Both the position numbers and the translations under genes were made by a program. Shown in pieces: positions 20,032 through 28,968 of a DNA stretch of 64,000 bases. How positions within the stretch are numbered: position 1 is the first letter of the stretch; every line of letters begins with the position of its first letter. Where the stretch lies: positions 3,712,001-3,776,000 of the forward strand of contig CBDFLE010000006.1 of NCBI GenBank assembly GCA_965248925.1. The letters run 5' to 3'. Under the pieces are notes generated by a model that had not been told where the DNA came from, did not search any database, and worked only from the letters and a program-made list of their open reading frames with translations. The DNA comes from Candidatus Multivoradales bacterium. Lineage in GTDB: Bacteria > Acidobacteriota > Thermoanaerobaculia > Multivoradales > J023.

Positions 20032-20976
20032 ATGCAACTGCGACACGCGATTCCGAAGTTTCTGCACGGCTACTTCTCGACTTGCAATCTAAGCAGCAAG
20101 ACCCGCAAGGCCTACCAGGGCGACCTCAAGCAATTCGCTCAGGCGATGCCCGCCAGGGTCCGAATCAGCGCCATCCGGGCTGACGCCCTCGAGTCCTGGG
20201 CGGCGGAACTTCAAAAAAGGAGCTATGCGGCGGCCTCGATCCGCCGAAAATTCGCCACCTTACGGGTATTCTTCAACTACTGGGTGCGCAAAGAGCTGCT
20301 CGAACGCTCGCCGCTCTGGCTGCTACGGTTGGATCTGGCGCGTGAGCGAAAGCTGCCGCGGATTCTTTCCGCCGCAGAGGTCCGCAAGCTCCTCAAGCGG
20401 GCTCGACACGAGGTCGGAGACTCGACGGAGGGGCCGCCAGGCACAATTGACCCGAGCTTCCTCGCTCTGCGCAACTTGGCGATGCTAGAGGTCTTGTTCG
20501 CCACCGGAATCCGCGTCGGCGAGCTGGCGGCGATTCGTCTCCTCGACCTGAGTAACCGAGGTGCGACCCTACTGATCCGCGGCAAGGGCGCGCGCCAGCG
20601 CCTAGCCTTGCTTTCCGACCGCCGGTCCCGGCAGACCCTGGCCGAGTACACTCAGCGGCGGCAGCGCCTGGCGGTGGATACAGACGCGCTCTTCCTCAAC
20701 GTCTTCGAGGGGCCGCTATCGGCCCAGGGCATCGCCAACGTCGTCACCCAGCTCGCCGAGCGCGCCAACTTGCCCCAGCGGGTCACCCCCCACATGCTGC
20801 GCCACTCCATCGCCACCATGCTGCTGCAGAGCGGCGCCAACCTGAGAATCGTCCAGGAATTCCTCGGCCACGCCTCCATCACCACTACCCAACGCTACAC
20901 TCATGTGAGCAAAGACCTGCTCGGCAAGACGCTGCGCCGGCATCATCCGAATCATCGGGGGCTGGCAGAAATCTGA
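20032..20976 (+). CDS. Tyrosine recombinase (XerC/D-like fold), intact catalytic set
   Basis: SAM-like N-domain (KTRKAYQGDLKQF), GIRVGE (R), GKG (K), HMLRH, LGH, TQRY (Y); no integron-integrase insert visible. Confidence 0.92.
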   Translation: MQLRHAIPKFLHGYFSTCNLSSKTRKAYQGDLKQFAQAMPARVRISAIRADALESWAAELQKRSYAAASIRRKFATLRVFFNYWVRKELLERSPLWLLRLDLARERKLPRILSAAEVRKLLKRARHEVGDSTEGPPGTIDPSFLALRNLAMLEVLFATGIRVGELAAIRLLDLSNRGATLLIRGKGARQRLALLSDRRSRQTLAEYTQRRQRLAVDTDALFLNVFEGPLSAQGIANVVTQLAERANLPQRVTPHMLRHSIATMLLQSGANLRIVQEFLGHASITTTQRYTHVSKDLLGKTLRRHHPNHRGLAEI

Positions 20977-20994
20977 GCAGGAAGTGCAGAGTAC

Positions 20995-21023
20995 TGGTCA
21001 AGTCGCGCACGGGGCGCTAGACT
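20995..21023 (+). promoter_or_regulatory. Putative sigma70 promoter reading into the invertible cassette
   Basis: TGGTCA-17 nt-TAGACT, outside the left inverted repeat. Confidence 0.4.
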
Positions 21024-21076
21024 GACGAGGCCGCCCTGCAAGCGTAACCGAGGCGTAAAAAGTAATACTCTTTCAA

Positions 21077-21095
21077 TAACTAGGAATTATTCATG
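21077..21095 (+). repeat. Left 19-bp inverted repeat / putative recombination site
   Basis: TAACTAGGAATTATTCATG, including the ATG at 21093; in context AATAA-CTAGGAA-TTATT. Confidence 0.9.
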
Positions 21096-22199
21096 GTAGG
21101 CCCGAAACAGAGTGGCGATGCGTCGCGCACACACGCCAGGTTCTCTTACTTCTTCGACAGCGCAGACGCCAACGATAACTGTCCATTATCGCCACGGTCC
21201 TGCTCAGCCATAGCCTCCATTCTTGGGGCAACACTGGTACTTGTGGGCTCCGTGATTGACAACACTGTCTGGATGAGTGGAGGCGCCAAGGGGTTGGCTC
21301 AGCACTGGGGATTCTGGGTAATATTCACTACTACGCCGCTAATCATTATCCTGACAGGGCACATCCTCGACAATTTCAAGGAGATCGTGGGCGGTCCAGA
21401 AAACTATATCGACATGAAATCCGACCCAGCATCCGCAAGCAGAATCCGACAGTTGATACTTGCCGAGACAGAGTCAGTTCTTCTTCGCGGACGATCCAGA
21501 TTCTTGCTCTATTTCGGAATATTGGTCGGCTTGTTCTATGCGATCATCAACGACATCAAGACTTACAATCCTGGTTTGACGTATGGGCATGACGTGTTCG
21601 ACTCTGCGGCGCATTCCTGGGGTTACGCAACAACGAAGCTGTACTTGCTCCCGATCTTTATCGTCGTTTATCCATTTTCTATATTTATTGCGGCCCATGT
21701 CACATGGTCCGTTACGAGAGTACTGCGACTAGCCTGCGAGAACAAGGTGTTGAGAGTGCGTCTTTTCCACCATGACAACTGCGGAGGCACTTCCCGGTTT
21801 GGGTACTTGAATCTGCTGGTGATGACGTTGTGTATACTGTTCTTTGCGATACTCATCGGGATGATTATAACTCACAAGAGAACATACTTCGTAACAGAAA
21901 GCGCGCTGATCTTCTGTTCTTTGTTTCTCATTGCATTGAGTGTTATTGGCGTTTACTCTGTGCATCGTTTTGTGGTGGATAAAAAGCGAGATTGTTTGCG
22001 GTCCGTAGGCAAGAAGATTGACGATCAGTTGCGGGGCGCACTAGACGGAGACTTGGAATTCCACGGTGATTTTTTGATTCTGAGGGAACACCTGATCGGG
22101 CTCCGCACCTATCCCTACACTTCCAAGGCAATGTTGGCAGTGGTTGTATTGCGCTATACTCCTGCAATTGTTGCGCTAGTTAGCATGATAAAATCATGA
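21093..22199 (+). CDS. Multi-pass membrane hypothetical protein
   Basis: 368 aa, several hydrophobic helices, loop motif FHHDNCGGTSRFG; AT-richer than the flanks. Confidence 0.8.
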   Translation: MVGPKQSGDASRTHARFSYFFDSADANDNCPLSPRSCSAIASILGATLVLVGSVIDNTVWMSGGAKGLAQHWGFWVIFTTTPLIIILTGHILDNFKEIVGGPENYIDMKSDPASASRIRQLILAETESVLLRGRSRFLLYFGILVGLFYAIINDIKTYNPGLTYGHDVFDSAAHSWGYATTKLYLLPIFIVVYPFSIFIAAHVTWSVTRVLRLACENKVLRVRLFHHDNCGGTSRFGYLNLLVMTLCILFFAILIGMIITHKRTYFVTESALIFCSLFLIALSVIGVYSVHRFVVDKKRDCLRSVGKKIDDQLRGALDGDLEFHGDFLILREHLIGLRTYPYTSKAMLAVVVLRYTPAIVALVSMIKS

Positions 22200-22784
22200 C
22201 ATCAGTGGTTTTGGATCAGGCTCAGTGTGCCAGATCCAGAGAAAGGCTTTCCCGAGACCCCAATAGGAGAGTAGGAGCGTAAAAATGAGTAAAATGTACT
22301 GTCCTGTCTGATATTGCCAGGAGTCGAAGGGGTTGCGATTCGCAAAAAGACGAAAGCCATCCTTCAGGAAATAGCTACAGAGCCATATTCTGAGATTCGT
22401 CGCATGAAACCGAGAAATCCATTGAATCTCGCGAGAGCGAGCGAGCCAGTCCGGAGTCAGAACTCGGACTGCATAGATTGCAATGTCACGAAAGATAAGC
22501 AGCCAGACAAAGATTGGACTGACGTCGTACCTTACTAGAACTACAAGTGTCAATGACAGATGAATGGCGCGGTCTCCCATTGCATCGAGCACATAGCCTG
22601 TGTCTGTGCATACGTCCCATCTACGTGCGAGCTTGCCGTCTGCAAAGTCTGTAATCATTGCTAAGATTACTAGATTGGCCAAGACTATGAACATCGTGCG
22701 ATTCAAATTGGCTGCGGCGAGCAGAATCAGAAGTGACATTGCTACACGCGATAGTGACAGAGCATTAGGGATATATTTACGCAT
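22194..22784 (-). CDS. CDP-alcohol phosphatidyltransferase family protein
   Basis: IPNALSLSR and DFADGKLARR...GYVLDAMGDR signature. Confidence 0.9.
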   Translation of the reverse strand: MRKYIPNALSLSRVAMSLLILLAAANLNRTMFIVLANLVILAMITDFADGKLARRWDVCTDTGYVLDAMGDRAIHLSLTLVVLVRYDVSPIFVWLLIFRDIAIYAVRVLTPDWLARSREIQWISRFHATNLRIWLCSYFLKDGFRLFANRNPFDSWQYQTGQYILLIFTLLLSYWGLGKAFLWIWHTEPDPKPLMS

Positions 22785-22800
22785 GAATAATTCCTAGTTA
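22782..22800 (-). repeat. Right 19-bp inverted repeat / putative recombination site
   Basis: CATGAATAATTCCTAGTTA is the exact reverse complement of 21077-21095 and includes the ATG of the minus-strand gene. Confidence 0.9.
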
Positions 22801-22971
22801 CCCCTTGCTCAAGTTCTAGCGAGAGCCTTCCACTCGCGGAGCGAATCTGGCGAACAGGATCTCAATCCTAGCGACGGATTGTGGAGCGGGCAGCAGGGAT
22901 CTGGCAAGGGTTGGGCCAGGTTAGCCCGCGAGGGTCTGGACGGAAGAGACGGCTATACTCGACCGCTACTG

Positions 22972-23388
22972 CTAGCTCTTTGCCACGTCGCGCAGCAACC
23001 AAGCCAGCAACAGCCCAAAGGCGATCAGGGGCGGCCCCTCGAACACCGTCCAATGCCAGGGCAGGCCGGCGTGGAGGTCGATCAGCACCATTGCTGCGCC
23101 GAAGGCGATGTTCATCCAGATCACCAGCGCTAGCACTGGGCGGTGGCGGCGGATGTCGCCGGCCAGCACCAGGTAGAGCAGGCCGTGCATGGCGTAGAGG
23201 GCAGCGACCGAGCGAGCTAGATAATCGACCAGGGGGGACTCGGGGAATTCACCGAGGCCGAGCCAGGCATGGGCAGAAGCCATCCAGGCGGTGGGTAGGA
23301 AGGCTGCCGGGATGGCGAGGAGCAGCACCGGGCCGGCGAGGCGCAGGAGTAGGGCCAAGCGACGCTCGGCGCGGGTGGAGGATTCCAT
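22972..23388 (-). CDS. Small 4-TM hypothetical membrane protein
   Basis: 138 aa, hydrophobic, host-like codon usage, co-directional with the transporter. Confidence 0.75.
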   Translation of the reverse strand: MESSTRAERRLALLLRLAGPVLLLAIPAAFLPTAWMASAHAWLGLGEFPESPLVDYLARSVAALYAMHGLLYLVLAGDIRRHRPVLALVIWMNIAFGAAMVLIDLHAGLPWHWTVFEGPPLIAFGLLLAWLLRDVAKS

Positions 23389-23413
23389 GCTTGGTGCTCG
23401 CTCGGCGGCCGGC

Positions 23414-25747
23414 TTAGAGGGGGAAGAAGACCGGCACCATCAGCACCAAGATGGCGAGCACGATGACGGTTAACGGCGTGCCGACTTTGACGTAGTCCAT
23501 CGCCTTGTAGCCACCGGCGCCCATCACCAATAGGTTGGCTTTATGGCTGAAGGGGGTCATGAAGGCGGCTGAGGCAGCCAGTCCAACCACCATCATCAGC
23601 GGATAGGGACTAATGTCGAGCTGCTCGGCGGCGCGGATCACTACTGGCGCCAGGATCACCACTGTTGGCGCGCCGTCGAGGCCCTGGCTGAGCAGACTGG
23701 CGAGGATGGCCAGGGCGGCCAAGAAAGCGTATTGACCGTAGCTGCCGGCGACTGCGACCACGCTGTCGGCGAGGAAGCCGGCGGCGCCGCTCGATTCCAT
23801 GGCGTTGCCCACTGGCAGGATGGCGGCGACCAGGAAGAGGGCGCGCCACTCGATCGCCCGGTAGGCTTCGTCCATGGTCAGGGAACCGAAGAGCACACAG
23901 AGCACAGCACCGGCGAAGGCGGCGATGTGGATCGGATAGAGGCCGCTCAGCACCAAGCCGATCATCAAGGCCAGGCCGGCGAGGGCGACGGGTGCTTTTT
24001 TCTTGTCGCGCAGCTCTCCCTGGGGCACTGAGAGGACGACGAAATCAGAGTCCTCGGCCAACTCGCGCATTTTGTCGCGGCGGCCATGCAGCAGCAGCGC
24101 GTCACCGAATTGCAGCGGGATCGAGGCCAGATCGCGGTAGATGGCGTTGCCGCCGCGCCACAGGGCCAGCACTTGCAGCCCGAACCGATCGCGAAAATGG
24201 AGCTCGCTCAAGGTCGCGCCGGCAGCCCGGGAGCGCGGCGCGACGACCGCCTCGCTGACTCCGATCTCGTCGGACTCCAGCGAAGTGCTATCTGCTTTCT
24301 CTTGCACTTTCAGATCACCGAGTTCCAGCAGGTTGAGGAATTGGGTCGGTTGGCCGGCAAGAATCAGCTCGTCGCCAACCAGGATCAGCTCGTCGCTCGA
24401 CACCGCCAAGCGGACTTCGCCGTCGCGCAGGATGCCCAACGCGGTGACCCCGACCAACTCGCCCAGCCGGCTGTCGCGGAAGGTGACGTTGGCTAGGGTA
24501 GATCCCTGTTGGATCTGGATGCTGAACAAACGCTCTTGCAGCAGTTCCTCGATATTCAGGCCGGAGTCGAGAACTTCGAAAGCCTTCTGCTCCTCGAGGG
24601 CCTGAATCTGGCCGTAGTGGCCGATCACCAGCACCTGATCCTCTGCGAGAAGAACCTCTTGCGCCAGGCGTTGGCGTACGACCTCTTCGCCGCGCCGCAC
24701 GCCGACCACCAGCACCCCGAAGCGAGCCCTGAAGCGCAGCTGACTGAGGGTGCGGCCGACCAGCCCCGAGCCGCGGCTCAAGCGCAAGACCGCTCCCTGG
24801 ACCGCCACAGAAGCGCCGTCGAGATGGCCGGCTGAAACCTCTGCAATCGCCACCCCCTGGACGCCGAGCATCTCTTGCAAGTCGTCGAAGGGGCCGTCGA
24901 CCAGGATGACGTCGTCACCGCGCAGGCGAAAATCTGGAGCTGGCGCCTGATGCTGCTCTGCACCACGCTCGACCGCCAGAACTTTGACGTCGAGGGCGTT
25001 GCCGAGGCGAGTTTGGCGCAGCTCAAGCCCATCGAGAGGCGAGCCGGCGGGGATCAAGATCGAGGTCAGGCGGTCTTCCAACCGATAGGCGCGAGTCAAG
25101 CGCTGTGAACTATCGCCGCTGCTCTTTTGCGCTACGTCTTTGGGCAACAGGCGCCTGCCGATAGTGGTCATGAAAAGGATGCCGACCCCCAGCAGCGCGA
25201 GTCCCATGGGGGTGAAGTCAAACAGCGTGAAGGGCTCCAGGCCGCGCTCTTCCAACATTTGCGAGGCCAGGATGTTGGGCGGCGTGCCAACCAAGGTGGT
25301 GGTGCCACCGAGGATCGCGCCGAAGGACAGGGGCATGAACAGCCGGCTGGGCGACAGGCCTGAGCGCCGCGCCAGGCTGGAGATAGCCGGCAGCAGCACC
25401 GCCGCCGCGGCGACGTTGTTCATGAACGCCGACAGCACGCCGGCGACCAACATGATGAGGATGATCAAAGGCACCTCACGGGCGCCAACCAGGGCATGTA
25501 TCTTGCCCCCGATCGAGTCGGCGACGCCGGTCTTGAGCAGGGCACCGGAGATGAAGAAGATCGAGAACATGGTCATCACCGCGGGTGAGGAGAAGCCGGC
25601 GAAAGCTTCGTCCGTCTCGACCATGCCGGTGAAGATGAGAATCAACAGACCGATGAAGGCGGTCAGCTCGACCGGCAGAACCTCTGTCATGAAGCAGTAG
25701 ACCATCGCGGCCAGGAGCGCGAGGAGGAAGGCGATCTCAAGCGTCAC
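23414..25747 (-). CDS. SLC13/CitMHS-type permease with TrkA-C (RCK_C) domains
   Basis: LSAFMNNVAAA, GGTTTLVGTPPN, repeated TrkA-C units, AFMTPFSHKANLLVMGAGGY; GTG start at 25747. Confidence 0.9.
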   Translation of the reverse strand: MTLEIAFLLALLAAMVYCFMTEVLPVELTAFIGLLILIFTGMVETDEAFAGFSSPAVMTMFSIFFISGALLKTGVADSIGGKIHALVGAREVPLIILIMLVAGVLSAFMNNVAAAAVLLPAISSLARRSGLSPSRLFMPLSFGAILGGTTTLVGTPPNILASQMLEERGLEPFTLFDFTPMGLALLGVGILFMTTIGRRLLPKDVAQKSSGDSSQRLTRAYRLEDRLTSILIPAGSPLDGLELRQTRLGNALDVKVLAVERGAEQHQAPAPDFRLRGDDVILVDGPFDDLQEMLGVQGVAIAEVSAGHLDGASVAVQGAVLRLSRGSGLVGRTLSQLRFRARFGVLVVGVRRGEEVVRQRLAQEVLLAEDQVLVIGHYGQIQALEEQKAFEVLDSGLNIEELLQERLFSIQIQQGSTLANVTFRDSRLGELVGVTALGILRDGEVRLAVSSDELILVGDELILAGQPTQFLNLLELGDLKVQEKADSTSLESDEIGVSEAVVAPRSRAAGATLSELHFRDRFGLQVLALWRGGNAIYRDLASIPLQFGDALLLHGRRDKMRELAEDSDFVVLSVPQGELRDKKKAPVALAGLALMIGLVLSGLYPIHIAAFAGAVLCVLFGSLTMDEAYRAIEWRALFLVAAILPVGNAMESSGAAGFLADSVVAVAGSYGQYAFLAALAILASLLSQGLDGAPTVVILAPVVIRAAEQLDISPYPLMMVVGLAASAAFMTPFSHKANLLVMGAGGYKAMDYVKVGTPLTVIVLAILVLMVPVFFPL

Positions 25748-26007
25748 GTCACAGCTCCGTGGACTTCTCGCTCCGGGCAGGGTCGGCGCGGGGCTGAGTT
25801 TGCACCGCGGACCGCCAGGCAAGCGAAGACAACACGCCACCGGCGCTCGGTGGGGTGGAGTGGGTACGGCGATTCATCGGCTTGCTCAGAACCCGCGGAG
25901 TATACAGCCTGCGGTCTCCGGCGATCCCGGGTGCTGCCCAGTCGCTGCTCAGTCGTTGGCTGCCGCGCTCAGCGTAGAATAGAGCCGAGGACCGTGAACC
26001 GAGGACC

Positions 26008-27486
26008 GTGATGATTCCACCGACCGCCAATTTGGCCGAGAAGCGGCGCATCTTGCAGCTCGAGACGCTCTACGATCTCGCCCTGGCGCTGCATGCCCAC
26101 CGGCCCGAGGAGGAGCTGGTGGAAGAGCTATTGCAACAGGTCTGCATGGTGCTCGATCCGGCGGCGGCGGTAGCGGTGACCCGCGATCCCTATGGCGCGG
26201 AGCGAACGGTGGCCAGCGTCGGTTGGTTGCAGCGGCCCGCCGGCTCCAGCTTGCTCGCCGCTCCCCTGTGGCGCGAGCTGCTGACCAAAGGCGAAGCGTT
26301 GGTGCGGCACCAGGGCGAGCTTGCCGGGCGTCCTTACCAGGAGTTGGTGGCGGCGCCGTTGGTTTATCGCGGCGTGTTCCTCGGCTATTTGGCGTTGCTC
26401 GACAAGGAGGTCCGCGAGGCGCCGGCTTCGTCTGCCTTCAGTGACGAGGACCGCCGCTTTCTCGATTCCGTGGCCTCGCTGGCCGGGGTGGCGCTCGATA
26501 GTGCTCGGCAGTTGCAAGAGATGGCTAGTCAGCGCGAGCGTTTGGCGGAGGAGAATAGGGCCCTCAAGGGACGCCTGGTCGAAGAGTTCGCGGGCCAGCG
26601 CATCGTTGCCCACGCGCCGCCCATGCGACGGGTACTCGAGCGGGTCGAGAGGGTAGCGCCGCGCGGGGTCAATATTCTGGTGCGGGGCGAATCGGGAACC
26701 GGCAAGGAACTGATCGCCAAACTGATCCACTTTCTTTCCGGCCGCCGAGGACCGTTAATCGCCCTCAACTGCGCCGCCTTGCCCGAGTCTCTACTCGAAA
26801 GCGAGCTCTTTGGCATCGAGCATGGGGTTGCCACCGGGGTCGAAGCGAGGCGCGGCAAATTCGAGCTCGCCGACGGCGGCACCCTCTTTCTCGATGAGAT
26901 CGGCGATCTCGAGTTATCACTGCAAGTCAAACTCCTGCGCGCTCTGCAAGAACGCGAGGTGACGCCAGTCGGTGGCGAGAAGCCGATTCCGATCGATGTC
27001 CGCCTGGTGGCGGCGACCCATCGCAACCTCGAATCGTTGACCGATCAGGCCCGCTTTCGCGAGGACCTCTACTACCGGCTCAAAGGAGTCGACATCGAGC
27101 TACCGCCATTGCGCGACCGGCGGCAGGACATTCCCCACCTGGTGCGTATTTTCACCGAGGAGTTTTGCCGCCGCGAGTCGATTGGCGCGCCGCAGATGAC
27201 CTCCGGCGCCCTCGAAATACTCTTGGCCTACGACTACCCGGGCAATGTTCGTGAGTTGCAAAACCTGATCGAGGGCTGCGTTTCGCTGGCCGACGGCAAG
27301 GTAGATGGTGAGTTGCTTCGCGGGCTTTTGGGTGGTGTTGAGGACAGCGCCCAAGGTCCCTTGGATCTGAAGTCCGTCGAGCGGCGGCATATTCGTCAAG
27401 TCATCCGCTTGACCGGTGGCAACAAGAGTGCCGCTGCCAAGGTGCTAGGGCTCGATCGTCGGACTTTGCAGCGCAAGGGGTTCTAA
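26008..27486 (+). CDS. GAF-domain sigma54-interacting (NtrC/Fis-family) transcriptional regulator
   Basis: GESGTGKE, LNCAA, ESELFG, GVATGV (GAFTGA variant), LFLDEIG, PGNVRELQN, C-terminal HTH. Confidence 0.92.
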   Translation: MMIPPTANLAEKRRILQLETLYDLALALHAHRPEEELVEELLQQVCMVLDPAAAVAVTRDPYGAERTVASVGWLQRPAGSSLLAAPLWRELLTKGEALVRHQGELAGRPYQELVAAPLVYRGVFLGYLALLDKEVREAPASSAFSDEDRRFLDSVASLAGVALDSARQLQEMASQRERLAEENRALKGRLVEEFAGQRIVAHAPPMRRVLERVERVAPRGVNILVRGESGTGKELIAKLIHFLSGRRGPLIALNCAALPESLLESELFGIEHGVATGVEARRGKFELADGGTLFLDEIGDLELSLQVKLLRALQEREVTPVGGEKPIPIDVRLVAATHRNLESLTDQARFREDLYYRLKGVDIELPPLRDRRQDIPHLVRIFTEEFCRRESIGAPQMTSGALEILLAYDYPGNVRELQNLIEGCVSLADGKVDGELLRGLLGGVEDSAQGPLDLKSVERRHIRQVIRLTGGNKSAAAKVLGLDRRTLQRKGF

Positions 27487-27617
27487 GGGTCGGCGAAGCG
27501 CCGGCTGCCGCCTTACTGCTAGACTCGGTGGCAGCACTTCAACGAATTTCAAAATCGCTCGGCCCAACCAGGCCGGCGGCTGCTGTGGGCTCGGTCAGAG
27601 TCGCGGAGGGTATCCGG

Positions 27618-28511
27618 GTGCGAAAGACGACTTTTGGGATTTGCTGGCTGGTGTTTTTCAGTCTAGCGACGGTCTTAGGGGCTCAAGGGCCACAACCGGA
27701 CGAACCGCGCCCGCGAGCGGTAACGCCGCGGCAGGAGGAGGGCGAACCAAAGCCATTCTTGGCTAGCGGCCCGCAAGAGCTTTTCGCGCGTGGCGTTGAG
27801 TTGGCCGACGAAGGTAGGGTGCGGGAGGCCTTGACCCTCTTCAAGGCTCTCACTATTGCCCATCCGGAGCTGACCGAGCCGCATGTCAATTTGGCGGCAT
27901 TGCTAGCGCCGAGCAACTCGGTGGCTGCCGCCGACGCCGCCGAAGCGGCACTGCTGGCCCATCCGATTTGCCGGGCGGCTTTCGAGCTGCGCTTCCTCGA
28001 CTCTCTCGGTAATCACAGCTTGGCGTTACTCGCTGGCGATGCGCGAGTGCCGCAGAGCCGCGCTGCGCCACGCTCATTGGCTATTGCCGAGCCGAATTCA
28101 GCGCTGCCCACCTACTCCGCTGCAGACCCTACGCCGTTGACGGCGGCGAGTCACTCGTCGTCGATCGATGAAGCCGCAGCGGTCGATAGCCTAGTAGCCG
28201 CGTGGGCGGCGGCCTGGTCGGCGCGCGATGCGCAGGATTACCTGGCGTTCTATGCCGCCGAGTTCCAGCCCCTGGCCCTGTCCCGTGAAGCTTGGGAACA
28301 ACAGCGGCGAGAACGATTGGCGGGGCCAAAATTCGTCGAGATTACGGTTTCGGATCTGCGGATTGAGCGCCTTGCAGCAGGGCGGATAGCGGCTACCTTC
28401 GTCCAGCGGTACCGCTCCGACAGGCACCAGGATCAGGTGCGCAAGACGCTGATCTTTGTTCGTCGGGACGGCTCATGGCGCATCGTGCGGGAGACCTCGA
28501 CTAAGTCGTAG
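27618..28511 (+). CDS. Secreted TPR plus NTF2/SnoaL-like protein
   Basis: Signal peptide, TPR (PELTEPHVNLA), C-terminal WAAAWSARD...YLAFY...FVQRYRSD...WRIVRE; start uncertain. Confidence 0.7.
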   Translation: MRKTTFGICWLVFFSLATVLGAQGPQPDEPRPRAVTPRQEEGEPKPFLASGPQELFARGVELADEGRVREALTLFKALTIAHPELTEPHVNLAALLAPSNSVAAADAAEAALLAHPICRAAFELRFLDSLGNHSLALLAGDARVPQSRAAPRSLAIAEPNSALPTYSAADPTPLTAASHSSSIDEAAAVDSLVAAWAAAWSARDAQDYLAFYAAEFQPLALSREAWEQQRRERLAGPKFVEITVSDLRIERLAAGRIAATFVQRYRSDRHQDQVRKTLIFVRRDGSWRIVRETSTKS

Positions 28512-28745
28512 CTGGCGGCTTGATTCTTGTGCGGCGTTTTGCCGCATGGGTGACAAAATGTCCCACTTGCTCTTTCGAGGCTCGTTTCTCGTGGGTTTCG
28601 GCCGAAGGTCTTGGGTGTTTCTCGCCAAGTCGCGACAATTTGTCGCGCTGAGTTTCGAGGTGGGCTGTACTCCAGGGCGCGGCTATGGGGTCTAAACTCA
28701 ATTAATTCAACAGGTTGCAATTACTTTTCAGTTTTTTCTCCAAGC

Positions 28746-28761
28746 TGGCAACGACCTTGCG
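28746..28761 (+). promoter_or_regulatory. sigma54 -24/-12 promoter
   Basis: TGGCAACGACCTTGCG (GG-N10-GC); upstream IHF-like ATTCAACAGGTTG (28705-28717) and dyad sites at 28530-28546, 28550-28565, 28631-28647. Confidence 0.75.
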
Positions 28762-28794
28762 AAAGAACCTGGGTGAATCAGTACGGAGGCCCTC

Positions 28795-28953
28795 ATGTTA
28801 GAATCAGCCAGACAGCGCATCATCACCCTCCCTCGAGTCCCAACGCAGCTCATGCTGTCGGTCGGGACGATCGCGAGTTTTTCCTGGCTACTGCTACAGG
28901 ACAAGATCCATCCCCTCGTCATCTACCTGCTCCAGGCCTATTTGACCTTCTAG
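28795..28953 (+). CDS. Unannotated 52-aa small hydrophobic protein
   Basis: GGAGG SD, MLESARQRIITLPRVPTQLMLSVGTIASFSWLLLQDKIHPLVIYLLQAYLTF*; first ORF after the sigma54 promoter. Confidence 0.65.
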   Translation: MLESARQRIITLPRVPTQLMLSVGTIASFSWLLLQDKIHPLVIYLLQAYLTF

Positions 28954-28968
28954 TGGATCCGGGCTCTG

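Noticed and set aside
21071-21098. Chromosomal dif / pdif site
   Set aside because: No TTATGTTAAAT-like XerD arm; the dyad has a 7-bp spacer and includes the start codon.
20032-22900. Classical integron (IntI + attI/attC)
   Set aside because: The recombinase is short and lacks the IntI-specific insertion, the genes are convergent, and no attC-like RYYYAAC...GTTRRRY hairpins were seen.
25985-26011. 13-bp direct repeat CCGAGGACCGTGA at the bEBP start
   Set aside because: Only a short duplication of RBS and start codon; no evidence of function.
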